From the NCBI GenBank assembly GCA_031264205.1, contig JAISEH010000106.1, positions 1-33,067 on the forward strand: a DNA stretch of 33,067 nucleotides, in the 5' to 3' direction. Both the position numbers and the translations under genes were made by a program. The notes under the pieces were generated by a model that saw nothing but the letters and a program-made list of their open reading frames with translations, did not search any database and was not told the DNA's origin. Shown piece by piece: positions 1 to 8,935 of this stretch (its first letter is position 1; each line of letters begins with the position of its first letter). Source of the DNA: Candidatus Margulisiibacteriota bacterium. Lineage in GTDB: Bacteria > Margulisbacteria > Termititenacia > Termititenacales > Termititenacaceae.

Positions 1-48
1 GTGTATATAATGAAGGTGGCGTAATCCGCCGCGAAGCGCTTATTCGGT

Positions 49-339
49 TTACAGCGGAAAAATTGTATACTCGGTGTCCACCACGCGGCGAAACTCCTCG
101 GACAGTTGTCGGTAATCCAGCACGTCCACACGATAGGGCAGGCGCGATTCCTCAAATTCGCCGCGCAGCGTGGACAGACTGTCGTCAGTAAAATCGCCGA
201 CCAGCGCCAGGTCCAGATCAGAATAACTTTTGTGCGCGCCTCTCTGCCGCGAGCCAAAAACTCGCACCTCGGCGCGCGGCACATGCCGGCGCAGAATAGT
301 TCGGATCAGTTGTTCTTCCTGCTCGCTGACAGAAATCAC
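49..339 (-). CDS. Nucleotidyltransferase-fold (MNT-type) protein, partner of the adjacent HEPN protein
   Basis: ORF 49..474(-). The core FGSRQRGAHKSYSDLDLALV fits the minimal NTase GS...DxD motif. Preferred start is GTG at 339..337, which forms a GTGA overlap with the stop (338..336) of the upstream HEPN gene. The 45 upstream codons of the ORF overlap that gene. Confidence 0.8.
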   Translation of the reverse strand: MISVSEQEEQLIRTILRRHVPRAEVRVFGSRQRGAHKSYSDLDLALVGDFTDDSLSTLRGEFEESRLPYRVDVLDYRQLSEEFRRVVDTEYTIFPL

Positions 340-755
340 CGGCGTTTCTCCAGCCTTTCCAGCAAAGCCTGCGCGTACGGCAAAAATTCCACCGCTTTCT
401 GATAAACAGCCTCCGCCGTTTTCTGCGCGTATAGATGAGAGGTTTTGTTTCGCGCATCGTGAAACTCCATCCATTTCAGGACATCGTCGATCAATAAATT
501 TTCCGCGCCACGCCGAAAAAGTTCGATGCGCACCACTCCGGCGACAATATCCGGACTGACATTGATTTCCAGCCAGCGTTTAAGCATTTTCCAGCACAAT
601 TCATAGGAAAACTCAAAAGCCTGAATCACTCCGGCGCGTAAAGTTTCTATCTCGGCCGGATCCGCGGCGGGAGCGGTTTCTATTTTTTTTGTTACTTTAA
701 TTGCTCTTTGCAGAGCGGCCAAAGCTTTTTTCAATTCGTTAAGATTTAATTCCAT
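336..755 (-). CDS. HEPN-domain protein (HI0074-like nucleotidyltransferase substrate-binding family), toxin-like partner of MNT
   Basis: 139-aa ORF. HDARNKTSHLY contains the Rx4H HEPN motif. Helical protein of typical size, with a 4-nt overlap with the downstream NTase gene. TGGTATAAT lies on the minus strand (762..770), 6 nt upstream of the ATG. Confidence 0.8.
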   Translation of the reverse strand: MELNLNELKKALAALQRAIKVTKKIETAPAADPAEIETLRAGVIQAFEFSYELCWKMLKRWLEINVSPDIVAGVVRIELFRRGAENLLIDDVLKWMEFHDARNKTSHLYAQKTAEAVYQKAVEFLPYAQALLERLEKRR

Positions 756-798
756 GCACGCATTATACCACGCGGACTGTCGTCGTCCGGCCTGACGG

Positions 799-1209
799 CT
801 AATCTTTCCAGGGGTCTAGCACGTTGACATCCAGGCCTTGAAAATCCCGCGCATTGCGGGTCAGGAGGATCAGCCGCTGCGCGCGGGCGGTAGCGGCCAG
901 CAGGCTGTCCAGCACAGACAATGTCCTTTTCTGTTTGGCGCACATTTCGCCCCACTCCAGCATAATCATATAATCGACCGGCAAAGTCCGTTTGGCAAAC
1001 CACACAGTCACGGCATTGAAATCTTGCAGTAATTTTACAAACCTTGTTTTTTCTTTAACCATTTTTATGCCGCGCCACATTTCGCCCAGCGAAATAACGC
1101 TGATGTATAAATCTTCCTCCGGAATAGTATCGATTTTTCGCCGCACCAACGGATTGCATTGTTTCTTGTAAAGTTCTGAAATAACGTTGGTGTCCAGCAA
1201 ATAACTCAT
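799..1209 (-). CDS. vapC: PIN-domain toxin VapC
   Basis: 136 aa. The N-terminal YLLDTNVISE and C-terminal LLTRNARDF are PIN/VapC hallmarks. ATGA overlap with the upstream antitoxin gene. Confidence 0.85.
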   Translation of the reverse strand: MSYLLDTNVISELYKKQCNPLVRRKIDTIPEEDLYISVISLGEMWRGIKMVKEKTRFVKLLQDFNAVTVWFAKRTLPVDYMIMLEWGEMCAKQKRTLSVLDSLLAATARAQRLILLTRNARDFQGLDVNVLDPWKD

Positions 1210-1463
1210 AAATCAATCTTGCGCATTGTCCGGTCTTTGTTACGGCGCAAATCCAGCTTTGCTCCGGCAAAAGAAGAGCTTTGCAAAAGCTCATACAAGC
1301 TCTGTTTCGGTTTGTTGGCGTTGACCAATTTTTCGTATTCGTTATTGGACAGCAACACCGCCACGTTTTTGCCACGCAGAGTGATTTCCTGCGGCGACTC
1401 GGCGGAGGCTCTCACCACCTCGCTAAATTTGGCTTTGGCTTCTTGTAACTGCCAGGTTTTCAT
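1206..1463 (-). CDS. Phd/YefM-type antitoxin (VapB-like)
   Basis: 85 aa. N-terminus MKTWQLQEAKAKFSEVV...ITLRGKNVAVLLS is typical of Phd/YefM antitoxins. AGGAG SD upstream. Stop overlaps the vapC start. Confidence 0.8.
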   Translation of the reverse strand: MKTWQLQEAKAKFSEVVRASAESPQEITLRGKNVAVLLSNNEYEKLVNANKPKQSLYELLQSSSFAGAKLDLRRNKDRTMRKIDL

Positions 1464-1477
1464 CGCACAGCTCCTTT

Positions 1478-1504
1478 CTGACTAGTCTGACTAGTCATAT
1501 TATA
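1478..1504 (-). promoter_or_regulatory. Putative vapBC promoter -10 (TATAAT, rc of 1499..1504) plus tandem palindromic operator
   Basis: CTGACTAGT occurs twice in tandem (1478..1486 and 1487..1495). This gives two 8-bp palindromes GACTAGTC (1480..1487, 1489..1496) between the -10 hexamer and the SD of the antitoxin gene. Confidence 0.55.
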
Positions 1505-1547
1505 ACACACTATCGCGGCAAGTCAATTTTGCGGTATACTGCCGCTC

Positions 1548-2078
1548 GTGTTGAATATTTTTAAACTGCTGAAAAAATACCAGGAGACCCTGAGCAAGGA
1601 GCGTATCCGCTATATCGCCGCGGGTTTCGTGCTGGGTATGTTCTTGGGCTTGCTGCCCTTGAGCGTCAACAGCGTCATTATCGCTCTGCTGGTTTTCGCG
1701 CTGCGCAACGACCGGCAAACCGCGCTGCTGTCCACGCTGATTTTTGGCGCGCTGGGTTTCGCGCTCGACCGGCTGGCGCATCCGCTGGGACTGGCTGTTT
1801 TGCAGGCCAGTTTTTTGCAGGGCTTGTGGACCTATCTATATAATCTGCCGTTTTTGCCGTTCACCGGCTTTAACAACACTATCGTCATGGGCAATACGCT
1901 GCTCGGCCTTATTTTGACCGCGCCGGCAATTTTTCTGTGCAAAATTTTGGCGCTGAAATACCGCGGCAGTAAATTACAAGCCAAAATCGAACAGTTTTTG
2001 CAAAACAAACTCGTATCCGGCATCGCCGCGGGATTTAATATTTTTAACCTGCGCGGTTTATTTATAAGGAAGTCCTGA
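1548..2078 (+). CDS. DUF2062 / TIGR03546-like small polytopic membrane protein
   Basis: 176 aa with a GTG start. The N-terminal LLKKYQETLSKERIRYIAAGFVLGMFLGLLPL resembles the DUF2062 signature. Several hydrophobic segments. Stop overlaps the start of the next gene (TGATG). Confidence 0.6.
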   Translation: MLNIFKLLKKYQETLSKERIRYIAAGFVLGMFLGLLPLSVNSVIIALLVFALRNDRQTALLSTLIFGALGFALDRLAHPLGLAVLQASFLQGLWTYLYNLPFLPFTGFNNTIVMGNTLLGLILTAPAIFLCKILALKYRGSKLQAKIEQFLQNKLVSGIAAGFNIFNLRGLFIRKS

Positions 2079-3892
2079 TGTTAAACTGGAAAAAATTTTT
2101 GCCCGCGCTGGCGTTAATCTTAGTCGTCATTTTCGGCTTCAATCCGCTGTTAAAATTCGGCCTGGAAAAAGCCGGCAACGCGGCTTTTGGCGCGAAAACG
2201 GAGATCGCTGGTTTTTCGCTCAATCCGTTCACCGGTCGGCTGGACATCAAGCGCGTGCAGGTCGCCAACAAAAACGCGCCTTTTACCAATCTTTTCGAGC
2301 TGGGCGCGCTGCGGCTCGGCCTGGACACCGAGCAATTGTTTTATGCGCGGGTAAATATTCCGCAGGCCACGCTGGATAATATCCGGCTGGGCACGCCACG
2401 CGCCAAATCCGGCGCTCTGCCGGTAAAAAAGAAAAAAGCTCCGGCAGAGAAAAAACCGCTCGACCTCAATAAACTGACGCGGGATTTGCAGCTCGATCCG
2501 GCCGCTGTGCAACGGGCTTTTCAGACCGCGCCGCCGCAGGCCAGCGGCGAGGCCGAGCGTGTGCAGAAAGAAAACGCGCAAAAACTGGCCGAGGCGAAAA
2601 AACATTTGGCGGCTGTTGACGTGCAGAAAGAACTAGCCGCGCTCAACCTAAACGAATTGAGCAACCTAAATATTTCCAGCGCGGACGATCTGTCGAAACT
2701 GCAAAGCCTTGTCGCGGAAAAACAAAAAGGCTTGCAAAAAATTACCGACGACCTCGCCGCCAATAAAGCCGCCGCCGAAAGCGCGGTCAAAGAAGCGCAG
2801 GCCAATCTGGAGCAGTTAAATCTGACCGCGCAAAAAGATTTGGACAATTTGCTGGGCGCGCTGGACCTCGGCAACTACGATCTCGGCGCGCTCGGCAAAG
2901 AATTGCTCGGCCCCAAAATCAACGGCTGGCTGGACACTGGTTTGCAATATTTTGAGCTGGCCAAAAAATATTTGCCGCCCAAGACCGCCAAGAAAACCAA
3001 ACCGCCGAAAAAAGAGCGTTTTCAGGGACAGACGCTTGTTTTCCCGAACAACAAAACACGGCCGCGTTTTTGGCTCGGGCGTCTGGGCTTGAGCGGCGTC
3101 AGCGGGCAGGGCACGGCCAATGAATTGACTTACAGCGGCTACCTCAACGATCTGGCCAGCGAGCAGCATCTTATCGGCCGGCCGACGCGGATCAAGATCA
3201 CCGGCGCGTTCACCAAACGCGCGCAGTCACTGCTGGATATCGATATTACGCTCAACCATCTGGGCGAGGGTTATGCCGATGTATACAGCCTGGTTTTATC
3301 CGGCTACGATCTTACTGGCGCGCAGTTCTGGGATGAACAGCTTATTCCGCTCAAAATTACCGGCGGCCTGGGACGTATCGACGCCGTGATCAGTGTGGCG
3401 GGCGATGAACTGGACGGCGAGATCACGCTGTCCGGCAAAAATATGCGTTACGAAAAAATCCGTGGCGCGGACGGCGCGGCGGCTCTGGTCGCCGACGCTA
3501 TGCAGAGCGCGCCGGAATTAACCGTCAGCATTGATTTGACCGGTACGCTGAACAGCCCGCGGCTCTGGGTGAAGACCAATGTAGACACGCTGATTAAGAA
3601 TCGTCTGGAAAAAGAATTTGGTGAGCAATTGGCGCAGGCCAAACAACAGCTCGCCGCTGAGTACGAAAAAGCAATCGGCGGCGCGCGGCAGGAAACGGAA
3701 GCCTCATTGAAACAACTAGAGGGAGAAATCTCGGCGACGCTGGCGGAGCAGCAAAAAACTCTGGACGGCGAAAAAGCCAAAATCGAGCAAAAGAAAAAAG
3801 AACTGGAAGACCAGCTAAACAGCCAGACCGACAAAATCAAAAAACAGGCGGAAGACGCTTTGAAAGACGCGCTGCCAAATTTGAAGTTTTAG
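2078..3892 (+). CDS. Large membrane-anchored coiled-coil protein, TIGR03545-like / AsmA-like
   Basis: 604 aa. It has an N-terminal TM helix (LPALALILVVIFGF), a Lys-rich linker, and long A/E/K/L/Q coiled-coil stretches in the middle and at the C-terminus. It is translationally coupled to the DUF2062-like gene. The family call is from memory of the TIGR03545/TIGR03546 gene pair. Confidence 0.5.
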   Translation: MLNWKKFLPALALILVVIFGFNPLLKFGLEKAGNAAFGAKTEIAGFSLNPFTGRLDIKRVQVANKNAPFTNLFELGALRLGLDTEQLFYARVNIPQATLDNIRLGTPRAKSGALPVKKKKAPAEKKPLDLNKLTRDLQLDPAAVQRAFQTAPPQASGEAERVQKENAQKLAEAKKHLAAVDVQKELAALNLNELSNLNISSADDLSKLQSLVAEKQKGLQKITDDLAANKAAAESAVKEAQANLEQLNLTAQKDLDNLLGALDLGNYDLGALGKELLGPKINGWLDTGLQYFELAKKYLPPKTAKKTKPPKKERFQGQTLVFPNNKTRPRFWLGRLGLSGVSGQGTANELTYSGYLNDLASEQHLIGRPTRIKITGAFTKRAQSLLDIDITLNHLGEGYADVYSLVLSGYDLTGAQFWDEQLIPLKITGGLGRIDAVISVAGDELDGEITLSGKNMRYEKIRGADGAAALVADAMQSAPELTVSIDLTGTLNSPRLWVKTNVDTLIKNRLEKEFGEQLAQAKQQLAAEYEKAIGGARQETEASLKQLEGEISATLAEQQKTLDGEKAKIEQKKKELEDQLNSQTDKIKKQAEDALKDALPNLKF

Positions 3893-3961
3893 GCCTGCCG
3901 CGCGGCAAAATAAAGAAGCAAAAATTTTGCAACAATTTCCTTGATCGTGCGATAATCTAGT

Positions 3962-4765
3962 ATGGGTATGTCACTGTCAACTAAACTTATTGCCGAGCCG
4001 AGACGCCTGACTTGGGGAATGCGCCGCGAGTTGCATGTCTGGCATCCCGCGTGGTCTCTGCCAGTCGCGCGGCCGATCGACGTTTCTCTGTACGGAAAAT
4101 CCAGTCTGGAGATATTACGCCAAAGTTATTCAGAGCCAGTTTGTTTTTCACCGGCGCATCTCACTTACGATCTGGCGGAGCAATTGCGGGATTTCCAGCC
4201 CAACGACGGCTATCACGCGACCGGCCTGCAATTTATCACCGACAATTTGGATCTGATCGTCATCGATAATGCCGAAAGATTTTCGGCGCGCGCCGCTGAA
4301 GGCTTGGTGGCTGTCAACTCTTCTGAAAATCCACGCGTGGCTTTGATCCAACTGCCGGCTTCTCCGCCATGGCGGCTAAATCGCAATCGCCGCTTCAATC
4401 TGCTTCTCACGCCGCTTTTGATCCGGCCAGCCGCCGGACAGTTTTTAACGCGTCTGTCGCAGGCCGGGGAAATCCCGCGTTTTAATAACAAATATCAGGA
4501 AATCCGTTCTCGCTACCAAGAGATATTCTGGTTGAATTACGCGAAATCTTTGCGCAACGATTGGCAGCTTGCGCCCAGCTCTACGGAAACAGATTATTCT
4601 ATTCAGCGTGATTTAGAGAATAAAATACAAACTGCCCGCCAGAAAGTTGCGGAATACAATCGTCTGCTCGGTTTGGCCGCAGACAATCTTGAATTGTTCC
4701 CGCTAAGGCCGGATTTTTCTTTCCAGGTACGGCGGTTTTTCTCCATATATAGCGTTTTTCATTAA
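3962..4765 (+). CDS. Hypothetical protein (orphan, 267 aa)
   Basis: Long ORF with no family I can recognise. TTGCAA-18nt-TGCGATAAT (3927..3956) sits 5 nt upstream of the ATG and there is no SD. Weak P-loop-like traces: LYGKSS around aa 43-48 and LIVIDNAE around aa 98-105. Confidence 0.55.
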   Translation: MGMSLSTKLIAEPRRLTWGMRRELHVWHPAWSLPVARPIDVSLYGKSSLEILRQSYSEPVCFSPAHLTYDLAEQLRDFQPNDGYHATGLQFITDNLDLIVIDNAERFSARAAEGLVAVNSSENPRVALIQLPASPPWRLNRNRRFNLLLTPLLIRPAAGQFLTRLSQAGEIPRFNNKYQEIRSRYQEIFWLNYAKSLRNDWQLAPSSTETDYSIQRDLENKIQTARQKVAEYNRLLGLAADNLELFPLRPDFSFQVRRFFSIYSVFH

Positions 4766-4916
4766 TTAACGCTACTGGTAGTGTGTTGCATATTATTGAA
4801 CATAGTCTTGTTTAGCCAGTATCTCGTGCTTAACTGTATGCTTTGTTATTATGTAAAAATTTTATACACTGCCCGACGTTTCTCGTCGCTTAACACTGCC
4901 TATAATGCGTTATCTG

Positions 4917-7900
4917 TTATTGAACGTTATTCTCTTTGTGGTAATCTTGCAGGGCTTTTACGTCAAGCTTTCCGTGAAGCAATGCTTCAAGCCCTTTAGC
5001 AACCATAATCGCCGCCGCAACCGTCGTTACGCACATGGTTTGATAGCGCAAGCCGGCCTGCCTTATGTAATAATCATCCTGCCGCGCGCCTTTACCTGAC
5101 GGCGTATTAAAAATGAGGCCGATCTCGTGATTGGCGATAGCGTCGATAATATTCGGATGCCCCTCCCGTGCCTTGGCGATCTCGCTGACAGTTACGCCAT
5201 TCTCACGCAAAAAATCGCCCGTGCCGCGCGTGCAGACGATTTCAAAACCAAGCTCCTGATATTTGCGCGCCGCCCAGAGGAGTTTTTCGTCGCGGTAGGG
5301 GTCGTGCACGGAAATAAAAATCTTTTGACCGGTTTCCGGCAACCGCTCACCAGCGGCAATTTGCGCTTTGGCATAGGCCATACCGAAATTTTCCGCGAGA
5401 CCCATGACCTCGCCGGTCGAGCGCATTTCGGGGCCGAGCATCACGTCCTGCCCGTGAAATTTCGCAAAAGGCAGCACGGCTTCTTTGACCGACCAGTATT
5501 TCGGCAGGACTTTTTTCGCGCCGAGGTCTTTTAATTTTTGTCCGGCCATGACCAGCGCGCCGAGTTTCGCCCAGGACACGCCGGTGGCCTTGCTGACAAA
5601 AGGCACGGTGCGCGAGGCGCGCGGATTGACTTCCAGCACGTAAACAACGCCGTCTTTGACCGCATACTGCACATTCATCAAGCCGATGACTTTCAGCTCG
5701 CGCGCCAGAGCGATGGTGTGTTTTTCGATAATGTCGAGCGTTTCCGCGGCGAGCGAAAAAGTCGGGATGACCGAAGCCGAGTCTCCGGAATGAATCCCCG
5801 CTTCCTCGACGTGCTCCATGATGCCCGCGACGAGGGCTTCCGCGCCGTCCGAGATCGCGTCGACATCGATCTCCACCGCGTCCTCCAAAAATTTATCGAT
5901 CAGCACCGGATGCTCGGGCGAGGCTTCCACCGCGGTTTTCATGTAATACCGCAGACCTTCCTCGTCGTAGACGATCTCCATCGCGCGTCCGCCCAGCACA
6001 TACGACGGCCGCACCATGACCGGATAAGAAATTTTATTCGCGGCCTTGAGCGCTTCCTCGATAGAGGTCGCCGTGCCGTTGGGCGGCTGCTTGATGCCCA
6101 GCCGGTCGATCAGCCGGCCAAAAAGCTTGCGGTCTTCGGCCACATCGATATTTTTGGGCAGGGTGCCGATGATTTTCGCGCCGGAGCTTTCCAGTTTCAG
6201 CGAAAGCTTGAGCGGCGTCTGTCCGCCGTACTGCACGATCACGCCGTCGGGTTTTTCCGCGCGGACAATATTCAGCACGTCGTCGTGTGTCAGCGGTTCG
6301 AAATACAGCCGGTCGGATGTGTCGTAATCCGTGGACACGGTTTCGGGATTGCTGTTGATCATGATCGTTTCGTAACCGGCCTGCCGCAGGGCAAAAGACG
6401 CGTGCACACAGCAATAATCAAACTCGATGCCCTGACCGATGCGATTGGGACCGCCGCCCAAAATGGCGATTTTTTTATTTCCGGTCGGCGCGATCTCGTC
6501 TTCCTGCTCGTAAGTCGAGTAAAGATACGGCGTCTGCGCTTCAAATTCCGCGCCGCAGGTGTCCACTTTTTTATACACCACGCCTTTGACGCCGCGCGCT
6601 TTGTTCTCGGCGGCCAGAGATTCCGGCGTTTCCGCGGCAAGCTCTCGCAGCTGCTGCAAAAACCATTTGTCGATCCGCGAAAGTTCCTGCACGCGCTCGA
6701 CCGCATAGCCTCGCCGGAAAGCATGCAGGATATACCAGATGCGCTCGCAATTTGGCCGGCTCAATTTTTCCTCGATTTTCTCGTCCTGACATTTGACCGC
6801 GGAAATCTCCAGCGAGCGCAGGGCTTTGCGCATGGATTCTTTAAAAGTACGACCGATCGCCATGCATTCGCCGACGGATTTCATTTGCGTATTGAGCGTG
6901 TCGTCAGCGTCGCGGAATTTTTCAAAAGCAAAGCGCGGTATTTTGGTCACGACATAATCGATAGTCGGCTCAAACGAGGCCGGCGTGACTCTGGTGATGT
7001 CGTTGGGGATTTCATCGAGCGTGTAGCCCACGGCCAGCAGCGCGGCGATTTTGGCGATGGGGAACCCCGTGGCTTTGGAAGCCAGCGCGGAGGAGCGCGA
7101 GACGCGCGGATTCATTTCGATAATGCAGATGCGGTCGGAGCGGGGGTCCAGCGCAAACTGCACATTGGAGCCGCCGGTTGATACGCCGATCTCGCGCATC
7201 ACCGCGATCGCATAATCCCGCAGGCGCTGATATTCTTTGTCGGTCAGTGTCTGCACCGGCGCGATGGTGATGCTGTCGCCGGTGTGAATGCCCATCGGGT
7301 CAAGATTTTCGATCGAACAAATTATCACCGCGTTGTCCTTGAGATCACGCATGACTTCCAGCTCGATCTCTTTCCAGCCAATAATGGACTCTTCGAGCAG
7401 GACGTGATGCGCCGGCGAAAGATCGAGGCCGTTATTGACGATGCGCTCCAGATCCACGTCATTGTAGGCGATGCCGCCGCCCGTGCCACCCAGCGTAAAA
7501 GACGGCCGGATTATCGCCGGAAAACCGATAGTTTTGATAAAGTCCCGCGCTTCCTCCAGCGAATAAACTTCCCGCGAGCGCGGCATATCGAGGCCGATTT
7601 TCGTCATAGCGTCTTTGAATAATTTGCGGTCTTCGGCTTTTTTGATCGCCTCAATGCCCGCGCCGATCAGCTCCACGCCGTATTTTTCTAGCACGCCCAG
7701 TTTCATCAGTTCCAGAGTGCAGTTGAGCGCGGTCTGTCCGCCAACTGTCGGGAGCAGGGCGTCTGGGCGTTCTTTCTCGATAATTTTGGCCACAATGTCG
7801 GGGCGGATCGGCTCGATATACGTCCGGTCGGCAAATTCGGGATCGGTCATGATCGTCGCCGGATTGCTATTGACCAGCACGATCGCGTAGCCCTCTTTTT

Positions 7901-8012
7901 TGAGGGCTTTGCAGGCTTGTGTGCCGCTGTAATCAAATTCGCAGGCTTGCCCGATAACAATAGGCCCGGCGCCGATGATCATGATTTTTTTGAGGTCTGT
8001 GCGTTTAGGCAT
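4917..8012 (-). CDS. carB: Carbamoyl-phosphate synthase large subunit
   Basis: 1031 aa. Hallmark N-terminus [37 protein letters not shown], two ATP-grasp halves, and a C-terminal MGS-like domain (IFISVHDP...). Confidence 0.97.
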   Translation of the reverse strand: MPKRTDLKKIMIIGAGPIVIGQACEFDYSGTQACKALKKEGYAIVLVNSNPATIMTDPEFADRTYIEPIRPDIVAKIIEKERPDALLPTVGGQTALNCTLELMKLGVLEKYGVELIGAGIEAIKKAEDRKLFKDAMTKIGLDMPRSREVYSLEEARDFIKTIGFPAIIRPSFTLGGTGGGIAYNDVDLERIVNNGLDLSPAHHVLLEESIIGWKEIELEVMRDLKDNAVIICSIENLDPMGIHTGDSITIAPVQTLTDKEYQRLRDYAIAVMREIGVSTGGSNVQFALDPRSDRICIIEMNPRVSRSSALASKATGFPIAKIAALLAVGYTLDEIPNDITRVTPASFEPTIDYVVTKIPRFAFEKFRDADDTLNTQMKSVGECMAIGRTFKESMRKALRSLEISAVKCQDEKIEEKLSRPNCERIWYILHAFRRGYAVERVQELSRIDKWFLQQLRELAAETPESLAAENKARGVKGVVYKKVDTCGAEFEAQTPYLYSTYEQEDEIAPTGNKKIAILGGGPNRIGQGIEFDYCCVHASFALRQAGYETIMINSNPETVSTDYDTSDRLYFEPLTHDDVLNIVRAEKPDGVIVQYGGQTPLKLSLKLESSGAKIIGTLPKNIDVAEDRKLFGRLIDRLGIKQPPNGTATSIEEALKAANKISYPVMVRPSYVLGGRAMEIVYDEEGLRYYMKTAVEASPEHPVLIDKFLEDAVEIDVDAISDGAEALVAGIMEHVEEAGIHSGDSASVIPTFSLAAETLDIIEKHTIALARELKVIGLMNVQYAVKDGVVYVLEVNPRASRTVPFVSKATGVSWAKLGALVMAGQKLKDLGAKKVLPKYWSVKEAVLPFAKFHGQDVMLGPEMRSTGEVMGLAENFGMAYAKAQIAAGERLPETGQKIFISVHDPYRDEKLLWAARKYQELGFEIVCTRGTGDFLRENGVTVSEIAKAREGHPNIIDAIANHEIGLIFNTPSGKGARQDDYYIRQAGLRYQTMCVTTVAAAIMVAKGLEALLHGKLDVKALQDYHKENNVQ

Positions 8013-8742
8013 TTTGTTTCTCCACCAAATAATACACCGACGGGCTTAATTTCAGCCAGCCGGAAAAGCCTTGCGCGAGTCTTTCTTTGAAACACAGCAG
8101 CGGCGCACCGCAGATTTTTTTCAAAAGCGGCAAACGGAAATTGGACACGCCGAGAGTTTTTTTAAGGCGTAAATTATTCTGTTTAAAAATTTTTTCCGCA
8201 TAACGCGGGTGAAAATTATAAAAATCTTTCGCGCCGCGTTTGGCGGGCGCCAGCGCGAACGGCCGCATTTTTGACCGGCCCAAACACCAGCGCAAAATTT
8301 CTAAAATATTCCTTTTGTTGGCGATCTCGATGACCGCGCGACCGCCGGGTTTCAAGACGCGCGTGATTTCCGCGATCGCCGCCGGCAGATCCGTCAAATG
8401 ATGCGCGGCGCGCACCAGCAATGCCGCGTCAAATTCTCCGTCCGCAAAAGGCAGCTCGTACACCGATCCCTGCACAGTCTTTAATTTCGCGCCGCGCATT
8501 TTCCTGGCCAGCTCCAGCAGATTTGGCGCGTAGTCAAGCAGCGTGCAGTCCGCAAACCTCGGCAGGTAAACGTCCGCCAAGCGGCCAAACCCGCCGCAAA
8601 CGTCGAGAAATTTTTGCCCCTGTTTTGGCAGCAGCCGGCGCGCCGCCAGATGGTCGCAAAAATCTTCATATTGCCGGTCGCCTTTTTCCCAGAAAATTTT
8701 TTTGTAATCAAAATCCGAATAGTCTGTGATTTTTTTGCTCAT
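8005..8742 (-). CDS. Class I SAM-dependent methyltransferase
   Basis: 245 aa. Motif [13 protein letters not shown], followed by a [13 protein letters not shown]...LKPGGRAVI pattern typical of Methyltransf_11-like enzymes. 8-nt overlap with the carB start. Confidence 0.8.
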   Translation of the reverse strand: MSKKITDYSDFDYKKIFWEKGDRQYEDFCDHLAARRLLPKQGQKFLDVCGGFGRLADVYLPRFADCTLLDYAPNLLELARKMRGAKLKTVQGSVYELPFADGEFDAALLVRAAHHLTDLPAAIAEITRVLKPGGRAVIEIANKRNILEILRWCLGRSKMRPFALAPAKRGAKDFYNFHPRYAEKIFKQNNLRLKKTLGVSNFRLPLLKKICGAPLLCFKERLAQGFSGWLKLSPSVYYLVEKQNA

Positions 8743-8862
8743 TTTTTGCCGCCAGATAAAAGGATTTTAACACGCGCGTTGTTTTTTGACCAACCCCGCT
8801 TATCAACAGCGCCGCGATTTTGTGCACAACCCGCGCTGTTTTTGCCCTTTTTTACCCCGCGT

Positions 8863-8890
8863 TTGACATTTTTTTTTATCAGTGTAAAAT
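8863..8890 (+). promoter_or_regulatory. Putative sigma70-type dnaA promoter
   Basis: TTGACA (8863..8868), a 16-nt spacer, then TAAAAT (8885..8890), about 45 nt upstream of the dnaA ATG. DnaA-box-like TTATCAACA (about 8799) and TGTGCACAA (about 8821) lie upstream. Confidence 0.55.
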
Positions 8891-8935
8891 ACTTGTCCAC
8901 CTCGGGGGATAAATTTTAGGTGTTTCGAGGTTTTA

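Noticed and set aside
3893-3935. Palindromes TGCCGCGCGGCA (3897..3908) and GCAAAAATTTTGC (3918..3930) after the 604-aa gene, considered as an intrinsic terminator.
   Set aside because: They have short stems with almost no loop and are not followed by a T-tract. I cannot support a terminator call from the sequence alone.
5538-7181. 547-aa ORF on the plus strand, plus other long ORFs at 5127..5534, 7284..7622 and 6034..6414.
   Set aside because: These lie entirely within carB, either antisense to it or in alternative frames of its own strand, and carB has unmistakable homology along its whole length. The translations are Arg/Gly/Asp-rich low-complexity sequence, typical of shadow frames in GC-balanced genes.
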